From Candidatus Micrarchaeota archaeon (GTDB taxonomy: Archaea; Micrarchaeota; Micrarchaeia; Micrarchaeales; CABMGC01), in assembly GCA_021792095.1 (NCBI GenBank), contig JAJYVH010000001.1, positions 445,324 to 509,323 of the forward strand: a stretch of DNA of 64,000 nucleotides, given 5' to 3'. Position numbers and translations under genes: made by a program. Of this stretch, positions 17,088 to 25,640 are shown one piece after another. The notes under the pieces are model-generated. The model ran no database searches and was not told the origin of the DNA. It worked only from the letters and a program-made list of their open reading frames with translations. Positions within the stretch are counted from its first letter, which is position 1. Each line of letters opens with the position of its first letter.

Positions 17088-18341
17088 ATGGAACTTAGGC
17101 AAGCTGTGTTGTCTGCACTTTCGCTGCTCTTTCTGGTAGCCGTTTCCACCGCGGCGGGCCCTACAGGCCCAGCTTCGCAGCTGATAACCGGCTGCGACAC
17201 ACTTACCCCATCGGCCGCGCTCGCCATACCCGGCGACATGATAAGCGTCGCGTTGCTGGCGCTGCTCGTGTCTTTCGACGTAGTGGCCCTTGGCTACATA
17301 CTGTCCAAAGTCTTCGCCAGCCAGCGCATCGCGGGCTGGGTCAACGGCGAGTTCTGGGAGATGGCGAAGACGGCGATACTGATAGTGGGCATCTTCTCCG
17401 CGCTTGCGATCCTGGGCAACATAGCGCTGCTGATTGCGCCTTCGTCGCTAAACCTGCAGCAGTCCCAGTCTGGCAGCTACTCGTCCAGCCTCGTGGCTCT
17501 TGCCGTAGGGGCGTGCAGCTACCTCGGCACCGCTTCTGTCACCACGACCGAAAGCCCCTCGAGCGCGAGGTTCGGGTACCCTACCATAACAACGTCAACC
17601 TCGGTGTCCAACGCCTACGTCTACGATTCGTTCTCCTACCTTATATCGTTCAGCAACGGACTGGGCGCCCTGAAGAATTCGAGCATCGGGCTGTGGATAC
17701 CCATACCGCCCCCGCCATTCTCTGCAGAGTCGCCCGTTGTGTTCACTTTCGGCTTCCACCTCAACCCCTACGAGAACAGGATGCTGGAGACCAACTTCAA
17801 GCTGGTGGGCCAGTATGCGTCCATGATAAACGACATGATGAACTACATAGCCGTGCCCACGCTCATGGCCATGGCCGTGCAGTACTACCTGCTGCCTCTA
17901 GTTTTCGTGCTGGGCCTGCTCGTCACTATACCGATAGGGCTCATACTGCGCGCGTTTCCCTTCGTGCGCGGCATAGGCGGCATGCTCGTGGCCCTGGGCA
18001 TAGGCATGTCGCTCATATACCCGGCGCTGCTCGTGCTGCTCAACTATCCTGTGACGCAGGCGCTGCAGTCGAGCTCCCTGCCCACCCTCTCCGGCTCTGC
18101 GTGCACCGGCATATTCTGCAGCTTCCTCGGGGGCATCACCGGTTCTGCTAACGTGCTTTCCAGCATAGACACTGTCTTCCCTGCGCTCAACGGACTGCTG
18201 AGCTTCAGCACCTACCTGCTGCTGCAGTTCATGCTCTTCATACTCGACCTTGCGATAGCGTTCCCGCTCGTGGACAACATAGCCAGGATGCTGGGAGGCT
18301 CCATAAGGCTCCAGCTCGGAGGCAAGCTGAAGATGAGGTGA
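17088..18341 (+). CDS. polytopic membrane protein, paralog family member (signal peptide; candidate VirB6/CedA-like)
   Basis: 417 aa with signal peptide MELRQAVLSALSLLFLVAVSTAAG. The N-block is SKVFASQRIAGWVNGEFWE and the core motif is RAFPFVRGIGGMLVALGIGMSLIYPALL. The tail is ARMLGGSIRLQLGGKLKMR. Confidence 0.7.
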   Translation: MELRQAVLSALSLLFLVAVSTAAGPTGPASQLITGCDTLTPSAALAIPGDMISVALLALLVSFDVVALGYILSKVFASQRIAGWVNGEFWEMAKTAILIVGIFSALAILGNIALLIAPSSLNLQQSQSGSYSSSLVALAVGACSYLGTASVTTTESPSSARFGYPTITTSTSVSNAYVYDSFSYLISFSNGLGALKNSSIGLWIPIPPPPFSAESPVVFTFGFHLNPYENRMLETNFKLVGQYASMINDMMNYIAVPTLMAMAVQYYLLPLVFVLGLLVTIPIGLILRAFPFVRGIGGMLVALGIGMSLIYPALLVLLNYPVTQALQSSSLPTLSGSACTGIFCSFLGGITGSANVLSSIDTVFPALNGLLSFSTYLLLQFMLFILDLAIAFPLVDNIARMLGGSIRLQLGGKLKMR

Positions 18342-18429
18342 TGCGACGCTAGACCCGGTACTGCTGCAGGCTGCCGCGCCGGCATGCGGCTTTGCGAGCA
18401 TAGACCAGTACGGCTGGATAAGCATCAAT

Positions 18430-19563
18430 GTGCTCGTCGTGCTGGCGAGCGTGATGATCGCGGCCGTAGTTTTCGTGTTCGCCAACTTCCTGCCCCCAGA
18501 GCGTATGCAGAGGCTCAGGGGCATATCCAGGTACGAGATGGTGGAGGCTATCGTGAGCATAGTGATAATAGGCGCGCTGCTCGGCTTCTCCTCCTTCGCG
18601 TGCAACGCAGGCGCGTCGCTGGTAGGCTCCAGCGGGTACACGTCGCTGTTCGGCGCCGACACGACGTACGTGAGCAACCTCCTGTTCCTGAACGGGGTGG
18701 GCATAGTTGAGAACGTTTACACGTCGTCGATAAGGCTCGTTATAGCGGCGAACATATTCAGCTATGTGGCCCCGCTGCTCGCCGACAAGTACCTGACTGC
18801 AAGCGCTGCTCTGACCAGCGCGTCGGGCAAGCAGTACGTAAGCATAAGCATGACGGTGAACCCTGCTTTCAACGACTACTTCTACAAGCTCTCAGGAGTG
18901 CTGACGGGCGCGATGTCGTCCCTCGTAATAATAGCGTACTCCATCCTGTTCCTGCTCTTCCTGCTTTTGCCGGTCATAAGCGCTGGCGCGCTCACACTGC
19001 TGGCTCCGCTGTCGCTCATAGTGCGTTCGCTCTCGTTCGCCGGCAAGAAGCTGCGCGAGGTGTCCAACCAGCTCCTGGCGATAGCCATAGGCTTCTACTT
19101 CGTGCTCCCCCTGATGCTGGCCCTCAACGCGTATGTGGGAGCCTGCCTGAACATAGGGCTGGGAGGCACTGCAGTCTCGTGCAGCTACCTGCCAAGCATC
19201 ACGCACTATCTAACCGCGTATACGCTGCCCGTGGCGCCGGCGTCCCTGTTCACGTCGAGCAATCCGCTCGACCTGAGCTCCAACGCGATGGTCAGCAACT
19301 TCGTTGCAGGCTTCGGGGGCACGGGCATACTCGGTAGCTTCTACGGCCCCGCTTTCTCCAACGTGGGCACGTTCTTCAGCACCATACTGTACTATCCCGG
19401 CGTGGCGCAGGGGTATGCGTTCCAGATATCCGGCTACGTGTTCCTTGGAGTAGTGATGATAGCCCTTGATTTCGCTGTGACGCTTGGTTTTGTAGTAGGG
19501 ATAGCCAAGGGGCTCAATGCGATGAGCGGCAACGAGCTCTTCGGGGCCGAGCCCATATTGTGA
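18430..19563 (+). CDS. polytopic membrane protein, paralog family member (divergent core motif; start uncertain)
   Basis: 377 aa from GTG 18430, with N-block PPERMQRLRGISRYEMVE and core RSLSFAGKKLREVSNQLLAIAIGFYFVLPL. The in-frame upstream sequence (18343-18429) encodes ATLDPVLLQAAAPACGFASIDQYGWISIN. This resembles the N-terminus of the 22522 paralog (GVLLQASVYNY..) but contains no in-frame ATG/GTG/TTG. Confidence 0.65.
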   Translation: MLVVLASVMIAAVVFVFANFLPPERMQRLRGISRYEMVEAIVSIVIIGALLGFSSFACNAGASLVGSSGYTSLFGADTTYVSNLLFLNGVGIVENVYTSSIRLVIAANIFSYVAPLLADKYLTASAALTSASGKQYVSISMTVNPAFNDYFYKLSGVLTGAMSSLVIIAYSILFLLFLLLPVISAGALTLLAPLSLIVRSLSFAGKKLREVSNQLLAIAIGFYFVLPLMLALNAYVGACLNIGLGGTAVSCSYLPSITHYLTAYTLPVAPASLFTSSNPLDLSSNAMVSNFVAGFGGTGILGSFYGPAFSNVGTFFSTILYYPGVAQGYAFQISGYVFLGVVMIALDFAVTLGFVVGIAKGLNAMSGNELFGAEPIL

Positions 19564-21416
19564 TCTCCATGAAGCCTATCGCGCTCGCAATCGCCGTCGT
19601 GCTCCTCTCCGGCATAGCGGGCACCGCCGGCGCGGCCTCAGGCGCCACTTTCATGACGCCGTATTCGGGCTTCGAGTCGTGGCTGCCCATAGTGTTCCTG
19701 GGCATACTGATAAGCTTCATGATAGTCGCGCTGCACTACATGCTCGGGGCTGTGCTGCAGAACAACAGGGTGAAGGCAAGCGCCGTTGGCGAGCTGGGCC
19801 AGGTGATAGGGGCGGTGGTGATAGCTGTCATAGTGATTGGCATACTGTACTTCGTGGGCACAAGCGAGTTCTCATTCGTCTCATTCGTGTCCCCTGGCAG
19901 CGTCTACTCGCTCTGCGGGCAGATCGGCAATTCCAAGTTGGATTTCCTCTCCGGCGCCCCATCGAACACGATATGCGGCTACATCGATTCGCTGGATGCG
20001 GGCAGCACAGACATAACGGAAAGGCTGGACTACGGCCTGTTCGCGAGCTACGCCATACTCGCCAACCTAACAAACCAGGACGCGAACAACCTCAACTCCA
20101 TATATATCTTCGAGGGCTGGATAGGTTTCCTCTACAAATTCACATCCGTTTTCGGGATCTGCTCCCCCGGGGAAACATGCTTCCCTCCATTCGTGCCCAG
20201 GACGATAAGCCTTACTGTATCGTACCAGCCGCTTGCCGGCTATCAGGCCCTGGAGAGCGTGGCCAGGCCGCTGGAGGCCGAGGCCAACCTGACCTTCTAC
20301 CTGCTGTTCATGCAGATGGTCGTGATACTCATACTGCTCTTCGCGTGGCCCTACCTGCTGGCCGCCGGAATGGTGCTGAAGTCTACGTTCTTCGCTCGGC
20401 GGCTAGGCGGCCTGCTCATGGCCATGGCGCTCGCTGCCGTGCTAATCTTTCCACTCATGTACCTGCTGGAGTACTCGGCGTTCTCGAACCTCAACCTCGG
20501 CCCGATAGGCGCGACGAACCTGCCCAATGTGCCGGTGTACGAGCAGCTCCCCGGGACCAGCGGCAACGTCATCATATACGGGTCGACCTCCACAGGCGGC
20601 TACGTGCCGTCGTACCTGGCGCCTTCTTCCAGCTGCCCCAGCGTCAGCGGGGGCATAAAGAATCCGCAGGAGCTGGGGCCAAGCTACGTCTATGAGTCGG
20701 AGTGCGGCAACGCAAACACAGCGAGCAAGGGCTGCACGTACAGCAGCATCTCGGGGGCTGCCTCGGTCTCGCCGCTCTGCCCGCAGGTCGTGTTCCAGGC
20801 TTCGCCGTCCTCGGCCCCACAGTCCTGCACGGTAGGCGAGGCGGGCTGCACATTCAGCGGATACGTGCCCTATACGCAGTCCCCAGGCGCAGGCTGTGCG
20901 CCAGGCGACTATGTATACGAGACATCGTGCGGCACCCCCACGATCCAGGGCTCTACGGTGCCAAGCGGCGTTGCGCTGTGTTCGGCTACACCGCCGACCG
21001 ACGAGCTCTGCGTATCGCCGCTGAGCTCGAACATCAACTTCTTCGTGCTGCCGAACCTGGACCAGGCGCTTACCTACTACTCGTGCGAGCCCACGCCCCT
21101 GATGGGATACGAGGCCGCCTTCGCGGTCTACTACCTGATCCCCGGATTCGGGATAGTAACTGGGCTGCTGAGCGGCGCGTTCGGCTTCGTGGGCCAGCTG
21201 CCCGTGACTCCGCTCAGTTTCGGCGGCGCCGGAGCGTGCAATCCGAGCAACGCCATACACTCTGTGCTCATGCTCACCAACGTATACGGCATAGTGTTCG
21301 TGGGCGGGGTGCTGCTGCCCCTGCTCAACATACTTATAGCCCTGTCAGCTGTTTCTGGGTTCGCTGTGCTCTTCGGAGGTGACACGGACATACTTGGCCT
21401 CTCTAGGTTGATATGA
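19560..21416 (+). CDS. polytopic membrane protein, paralog family member with large Cys-rich extracellular insert
   Basis: 618 aa. GTG 19560 overlaps the upstream stop (GTGA); the alternative ATG 19569 gives MKPIALAIAVVLLSGIAGTAGA. The N-block is LQNNRVKASAVGELGQ and the core is KSTFFARRLGGLLMAMALAAVLIFPL. The insert carries repeated YVYE(S/T)xCG and many Cys. The tail is FGGDTDILGLSRLI. Confidence 0.7.
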   Translation: MISMKPIALAIAVVLLSGIAGTAGAASGATFMTPYSGFESWLPIVFLGILISFMIVALHYMLGAVLQNNRVKASAVGELGQVIGAVVIAVIVIGILYFVGTSEFSFVSFVSPGSVYSLCGQIGNSKLDFLSGAPSNTICGYIDSLDAGSTDITERLDYGLFASYAILANLTNQDANNLNSIYIFEGWIGFLYKFTSVFGICSPGETCFPPFVPRTISLTVSYQPLAGYQALESVARPLEAEANLTFYLLFMQMVVILILLFAWPYLLAAGMVLKSTFFARRLGGLLMAMALAAVLIFPLMYLLEYSAFSNLNLGPIGATNLPNVPVYEQLPGTSGNVIIYGSTSTGGYVPSYLAPSSSCPSVSGGIKNPQELGPSYVYESECGNANTASKGCTYSSISGAASVSPLCPQVVFQASPSSAPQSCTVGEAGCTFSGYVPYTQSPGAGCAPGDYVYETSCGTPTIQGSTVPSGVALCSATPPTDELCVSPLSSNINFFVLPNLDQALTYYSCEPTPLMGYEAAFAVYYLIPGFGIVTGLLSGAFGFVGQLPVTPLSFGGAGACNPSNAIHSVLMLTNVYGIVFVGGVLLPLLNILIALSAVSGFAVLFGGDTDILGLSRLI

Positions 21417-22525
21417 TGCGCGCCGCTATCGTGTTGTTGCTCCTTGCCTTCCTGCTTACCTCCGGCATGGCGAGCGCGGGGCCTTCGGTGGAGGGCAACA
21501 TCTGCTCCTCACTCTTTAGCAGTTCCAGCCCCATGCCGCTGCACGGTGCAGCCGGCTACTTGGGCACAGTGGCCGGCATAGCCCTCCTGGTGGTGCTTGT
21601 GGTATTGATTGTGCTCGGCGTAGCCTACGCGGTAGGCTACGCCTTCGGAATAAACTCACTCCTCAATTTCGTAAAGACCGAATCGGTGGAGAGCTTTTTC
21701 AACATACTGCTGATTGCGCTTGTCGCGTTCGGCATAGGCTTCGCCGGGCCCGCCATGCAGTTCCTTGCCGGAATAGGCGGCATAGGCCTTGAGTCGGCAG
21801 GCGCCGCAGCGCCAAACATAGCCAGCGCCCAGGGACTCTACACGAGCCTTTGCACTCACTACGTTACCCACGGGATAGGGACGGTCATTGATAACGAGAT
21901 AACGCTGAGCATAACCTACATATTCACCGAAGTGCTGCAATCTACTACTGTGCTGCTCATGCCGAACGGCTTCGGGTTCTCGTGGTCGCCATTCGCAGGC
22001 GCGACGATACAGCTCAACGTAATAAACACGCAGATGCAGGTGTACACCTTCTTCGCCGCTATCTTCGTGGCTATAGCTATACTGCTGGCGCTGATATACT
22101 TCCTCTTCCCTATTTTCCTGTACGCTGGCGTGCTCCTCAGGGCGTTCCCGTGGACCAGGGCTGCTGGAGGCTCGCTCATAGCGCTCTTCATCGCTTTCTA
22201 CATAGTGTTCCCCGCGCTTCTCTACCCGTTCTCCACCTACCTCACCGTTGCAGTTAACGCCGCCTCCGGCTCGATACCGCCGCTGAGCTCCCTGTCGAGC
22301 CTCTCGCTGCCTGTCTCGGTGCTCGCGTCCTCGATCGACGGGGCCGCCGTCGCTGACGAGGTGATGGGCGTGGGCGGGTTCGCGCAGAACCTGGCTTACA
22401 TGACGCTGCAGATAATAGGCATATTCATCGCATTCCTGGTATCCTTCGACCTGCTCGAGGGATTGGGAGACCTCCTCGGCTCGCCGTCGCTCAGCGCTGG
22501 CAAGCTATTCAGCAAGGTGATATGA
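21413..22525 (+). CDS. polytopic membrane protein, paralog family member
   Basis: 370 aa with an ATGA overlap on the upstream gene and signal peptide MMRAAIVLLLLAFLLTSGMASA. The core is RAFPWTRAAGGSLIALFIAFYIVFPALL and the tail is LGDLLGSPSLSAGKLFSKVI. Confidence 0.7.
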   Translation: MMRAAIVLLLLAFLLTSGMASAGPSVEGNICSSLFSSSSPMPLHGAAGYLGTVAGIALLVVLVVLIVLGVAYAVGYAFGINSLLNFVKTESVESFFNILLIALVAFGIGFAGPAMQFLAGIGGIGLESAGAAAPNIASAQGLYTSLCTHYVTHGIGTVIDNEITLSITYIFTEVLQSTTVLLMPNGFGFSWSPFAGATIQLNVINTQMQVYTFFAAIFVAIAILLALIYFLFPIFLYAGVLLRAFPWTRAAGGSLIALFIAFYIVFPALLYPFSTYLTVAVNAASGSIPPLSSLSSLSLPVSVLASSIDGAAVADEVMGVGGFAQNLAYMTLQIIGIFIAFLVSFDLLEGLGDLLGSPSLSAGKLFSKVI

Positions 22526-23577
22526 TGATGGGCGTACTACTCCAGGCAAGCGTATACAACTACATAATGTCGCCCTACCTGGTGTGGCTCCCGGTGGCGT
22601 CGGCAGCGGCGATCGCCATAATAGGCATACTTGCCGTTGCCTATATGCTGACCTCCTTCATGGGCGACAGGCGCATGGCCACGTGGGTGCGCGTAAAGAT
22701 ATACGAGGTGGTCTTCAGCTTCATACTCATAGGCGCCTTCGCCTTCGTTGTAGTGCTGCTAACCTCGGTCAACTTTGTCCAGCTCTTCGGACCTGTCTAC
22801 GGGCCGGGGCAGGACGGGCTCGTGCCTATGGCGTGCTCCGCCCAGGGCAGCCCGCCAATACCGTCCAACGACCTCTTCACGCTGGCCGTATGCGATATGC
22901 ATCTGTTCGTGCAGCAGGTGACCAATATAGGCGCAGCCGTGTACTGGATCGGCGCCCAGTTCGCCTTCGTGCCCAGCGTGAGCGTAGTGGTCACTCCGGT
23001 GCCCGGAGTGAGCAGCCTTGGCGTGTCTACGAGCTTCACGCTCATACCCCGCGCCGACGAGGTCTTCCTGGCCTATGTCATAGACCTCATATACATCACG
23101 CTCACGGTGGCTCAGCTGCAGGTGCTGCTGCTCGCTGCATCGCTGTTCATATTCTCGCTCTTCATGGCGATAGGCCTTATAGCAAGGCTTTTCGTCATAA
23201 CCAGGAGTTTCGGCGGGGCGCTCATAGCGTTCGCGGTGGGGCTGGGCATAGTATACCCGCTGCTCGTGGCCATAACCTATGGGTATGTTAACGTGGGCAT
23301 GCAGAACACGGCTGGCGTTCTTATCTGGCTCGAGGGATCCGGGGCGCTTGGCGGTATACTTGGGCTCCTTGTGCTGGTCGGCGTGCCGACGTTGGTGGGG
23401 AGCGCTTTCGCAGGCGTCACCGGCGCAATGCTCCTGACCTATCTAGGACTTGCGATAATGGGCCTTGTGTTCGTGCCCATACTAACGTTTGTATTGGTTG
23501 ACGTGTTCATAATAGACTTCTCAAGCGCAGTGGGCGAGAAGATGGACTTCCTGTCCCTGCTCACCAATGTTATATGA
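22522..23577 (+). CDS. polytopic membrane protein, paralog family member
   Basis: 351 aa with an ATGA overlap. The N-block is FMGDRRMATWVRVKIYE, the core is RLFVITRSFGGALIAFAVGLGIVYPLL and the tail is AVGEKMDFLSLLTNVI. Confidence 0.7.
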   Translation: MMMGVLLQASVYNYIMSPYLVWLPVASAAAIAIIGILAVAYMLTSFMGDRRMATWVRVKIYEVVFSFILIGAFAFVVVLLTSVNFVQLFGPVYGPGQDGLVPMACSAQGSPPIPSNDLFTLAVCDMHLFVQQVTNIGAAVYWIGAQFAFVPSVSVVVTPVPGVSSLGVSTSFTLIPRADEVFLAYVIDLIYITLTVAQLQVLLLAASLFIFSLFMAIGLIARLFVITRSFGGALIAFAVGLGIVYPLLVAITYGYVNVGMQNTAGVLIWLEGSGALGGILGLLVLVGVPTLVGSAFAGVTGAMLLTYLGLAIMGLVFVPILTFVLVDVFIIDFSSAVGEKMDFLSLLTNVI

Positions 23578-24743
23578 GTGTGTTGCGTATGCGAGTAGGC
23601 ATTGTGTTCTTGGCTGTCGTGCTTGTCGCGTTAGCAGCGCAGGCTGTCGGCGCTTCGTTCACTTCCCCATCTTCTGGCGTCGGCCCTATCTCAGGAACGC
23701 AGTACAGCACTTCATACTGCCTGCAGGGCGGCGTTGCGTCTATTGCGGCCCCGTGGTACTGCAGCCAGATCAACCAGGCGGTGGCCAGCATATGGCAGCA
23801 GTGGGAGCCCATAGCAGTCATAACCATAATGGTGGCCTTCATGATAGCCGCTGTGATATTCGCAATAGGCATAGCCATAAGGAACCAGAGGGTTAAGGAC
23901 TTCGGCATGGGCGAGATCTACGAGGCCGTGGCTACCGCTTTCATAGCAGTGTTCTTCCTGACGCTCGCCGCAATACTCTTTGGCGTGATACCGGCATACA
24001 CGGCGGGCAGCATAGACCCGTACAACACATCGCTTAGCTACATAAGCAGCACAATAAACTCCTCAGGTGGCCTGCTGTCCAGCATACTGAACGTGGTCAT
24101 AATAGACTACTTCTACAGCAGCATAAGCATAGAAGTCAACGTGTCGAACGTGCCGCAGACGGTCGCAGGCCTGCCGGCCCGGGCCATAGCCAGCACAGCC
24201 GATACGCTCTCGCCCTACGCGCCATTCATACTCGCATTCTTCATAGAGCCGGCCAAGGTTGTAGGAGACTTGCTTATCGATGCGCTGGTAGCGCTCGAGG
24301 CCGAGTTCTACATGATACTCTTCTTCATGTACATAGCGATACCTGTGTTCCTCATACCCGGCATAATATTCCGCGCCATATTCCCATTGAGGAGCGTGGG
24401 TGGCATGCTCATAGGCGCTGCCTTCGCGTTCTACGTAGTGATGCCGCTGCTGTTTTCGGTCGCGTACTACTTCACGAACACGAGCCAGCTGGAGATGCTC
24501 AACTCTGCTTCGGCAGCAGTTTCGGTCAACGGGGCCGGCACCCTGGCGCAGACGAATGCGGCATCGCCCATGGCGCCCCTGGTCACGGAGATGACCGGCT
24601 TGGAGAGCAGCATGGGGGGCTTCTTCCTCTCTATACTCTTCTATCCCGCGCTGATACTCGCCATAACATACACGGCGATGACGACAGTGGCCGATTTCAT
24701 AGGCGGTGCGGCGAAGAGGACAGGCAGGATGGCGCTCGTATGA
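23574..24743 (+). CDS. polytopic membrane protein, paralog family member
   Basis: 389 aa with an ATGA overlap and signal peptide MSVLRMRVGIVFLAVVLVALAAQAVGA. The N-block is IRNQRVKDFGMGEIYE, the core is RAIFPLRSVGGMLIGAAFAFYVVMPLL and the tail is FIGGAAKRTGRMALV. Confidence 0.7.
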   Translation: MSVLRMRVGIVFLAVVLVALAAQAVGASFTSPSSGVGPISGTQYSTSYCLQGGVASIAAPWYCSQINQAVASIWQQWEPIAVITIMVAFMIAAVIFAIGIAIRNQRVKDFGMGEIYEAVATAFIAVFFLTLAAILFGVIPAYTAGSIDPYNTSLSYISSTINSSGGLLSSILNVVIIDYFYSSISIEVNVSNVPQTVAGLPARAIASTADTLSPYAPFILAFFIEPAKVVGDLLIDALVALEAEFYMILFFMYIAIPVFLIPGIIFRAIFPLRSVGGMLIGAAFAFYVVMPLLFSVAYYFTNTSQLEMLNSASAAVSVNGAGTLAQTNAASPMAPLVTEMTGLESSMGGFFLSILFYPALILAITYTAMTTVADFIGGAAKRTGRMALV

Positions 24744-24809
24744 GCGCATCCATTTCCTAACCTTTAAATTACATTAGATGTAAGTGTAAAGGAGGCGGAA
24801 AGTGGTTGA

Positions 24810-25640
24810 TTGGCGATCTCGCAGAAATTCCTGTTCACGCTGCTGCTGCTCGGCACGTTCCTGCTAGTCTTCGTTACGTACGCCCTGCCTATCGGCATAA
24901 TAGCAAAGTTCGTCGTCGCGGTGGCGGCCCTTTTCCTTGACATACTGGCATTCTCCACGAAGCTCTACATGAGCTTCTTCATGCCGTTCCTCCACATGAA
25001 GAATGGGACGCTCACCATAGACGACAGCGAGGCGTTCACTATAGCGCCCTCGAGCAACGCCATAGTGACCAGGCGCGGGGGCGACGTGTATGCCAGCGCC
25101 TTCGTGCACATACCCACGTACCGCTCATCGAGCGAGATGAACCAGGAGGAGAAGGTGGACTTCGCCAGGCTGTTCAGCCGCGCGCTCACGATCTCCAAGA
25201 CGCCTGTGCGCTTCAGCGCGCAGCTCTGCGTGATAGACAAGGACGTTTACATAAACAACATAAAGGACAGGATGAACGAGGCCGAGGAGAGATACCAGGC
25301 GACCTCGCTGAACAAGAACGCGAAGCGCGAAGAGGTGGAGAGGATCAACGGCGAGGCGACGATGTGGCACAACCTCTTCGACAACGTGAACAGGGTTAGG
25401 TCGCTGGCTCTAGACGTCTTCGCGATGGTCACGGCGCAGGGCAACACGGAAGAGGAGGCGAGCACGCTCGCGCTGCAGCAGGCCGACGAGATTGCGTCTG
25501 GCGTGAGCTCCGTGTTCGGGGTGCAGGCGAGCTTAGTCGAGGGAGAGGACATACTCAAGTATCTGGAGCCGGACCACATGATACCTATAAGCACTGTGAG
25601 TGAGGAGATGCGCGCCCGCGCCGCATCCGAGGGGACGTAG
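24810..25640 (+). CDS. TM-anchored protein, candidate VirB3/VirB4 N-terminal-domain-like (copy A)
   Basis: 276 aa with a TTG start 15 nt downstream of GGAGG. It has two N-terminal TM helices, then NGTLTIDDSEAFTIAPSSNAIVTRRGGDVYASAFVHIPTYRSSSEMNQEEKVDFARLFSRAL..PVRFSAQLCVIDKD. This logic resembles the N-terminal (CagE_TrbE_VirB-type) region of VirB4. Similarity was judged by eye only. Confidence 0.55.
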   Translation: MAISQKFLFTLLLLGTFLLVFVTYALPIGIIAKFVVAVAALFLDILAFSTKLYMSFFMPFLHMKNGTLTIDDSEAFTIAPSSNAIVTRRGGDVYASAFVHIPTYRSSSEMNQEEKVDFARLFSRALTISKTPVRFSAQLCVIDKDVYINNIKDRMNEAEERYQATSLNKNAKREEVERINGEATMWHNLFDNVNRVRSLALDVFAMVTAQGNTEEEASTLALQQADEIASGVSSVFGVQASLVEGEDILKYLEPDHMIPISTVSEEMRARAASEGT

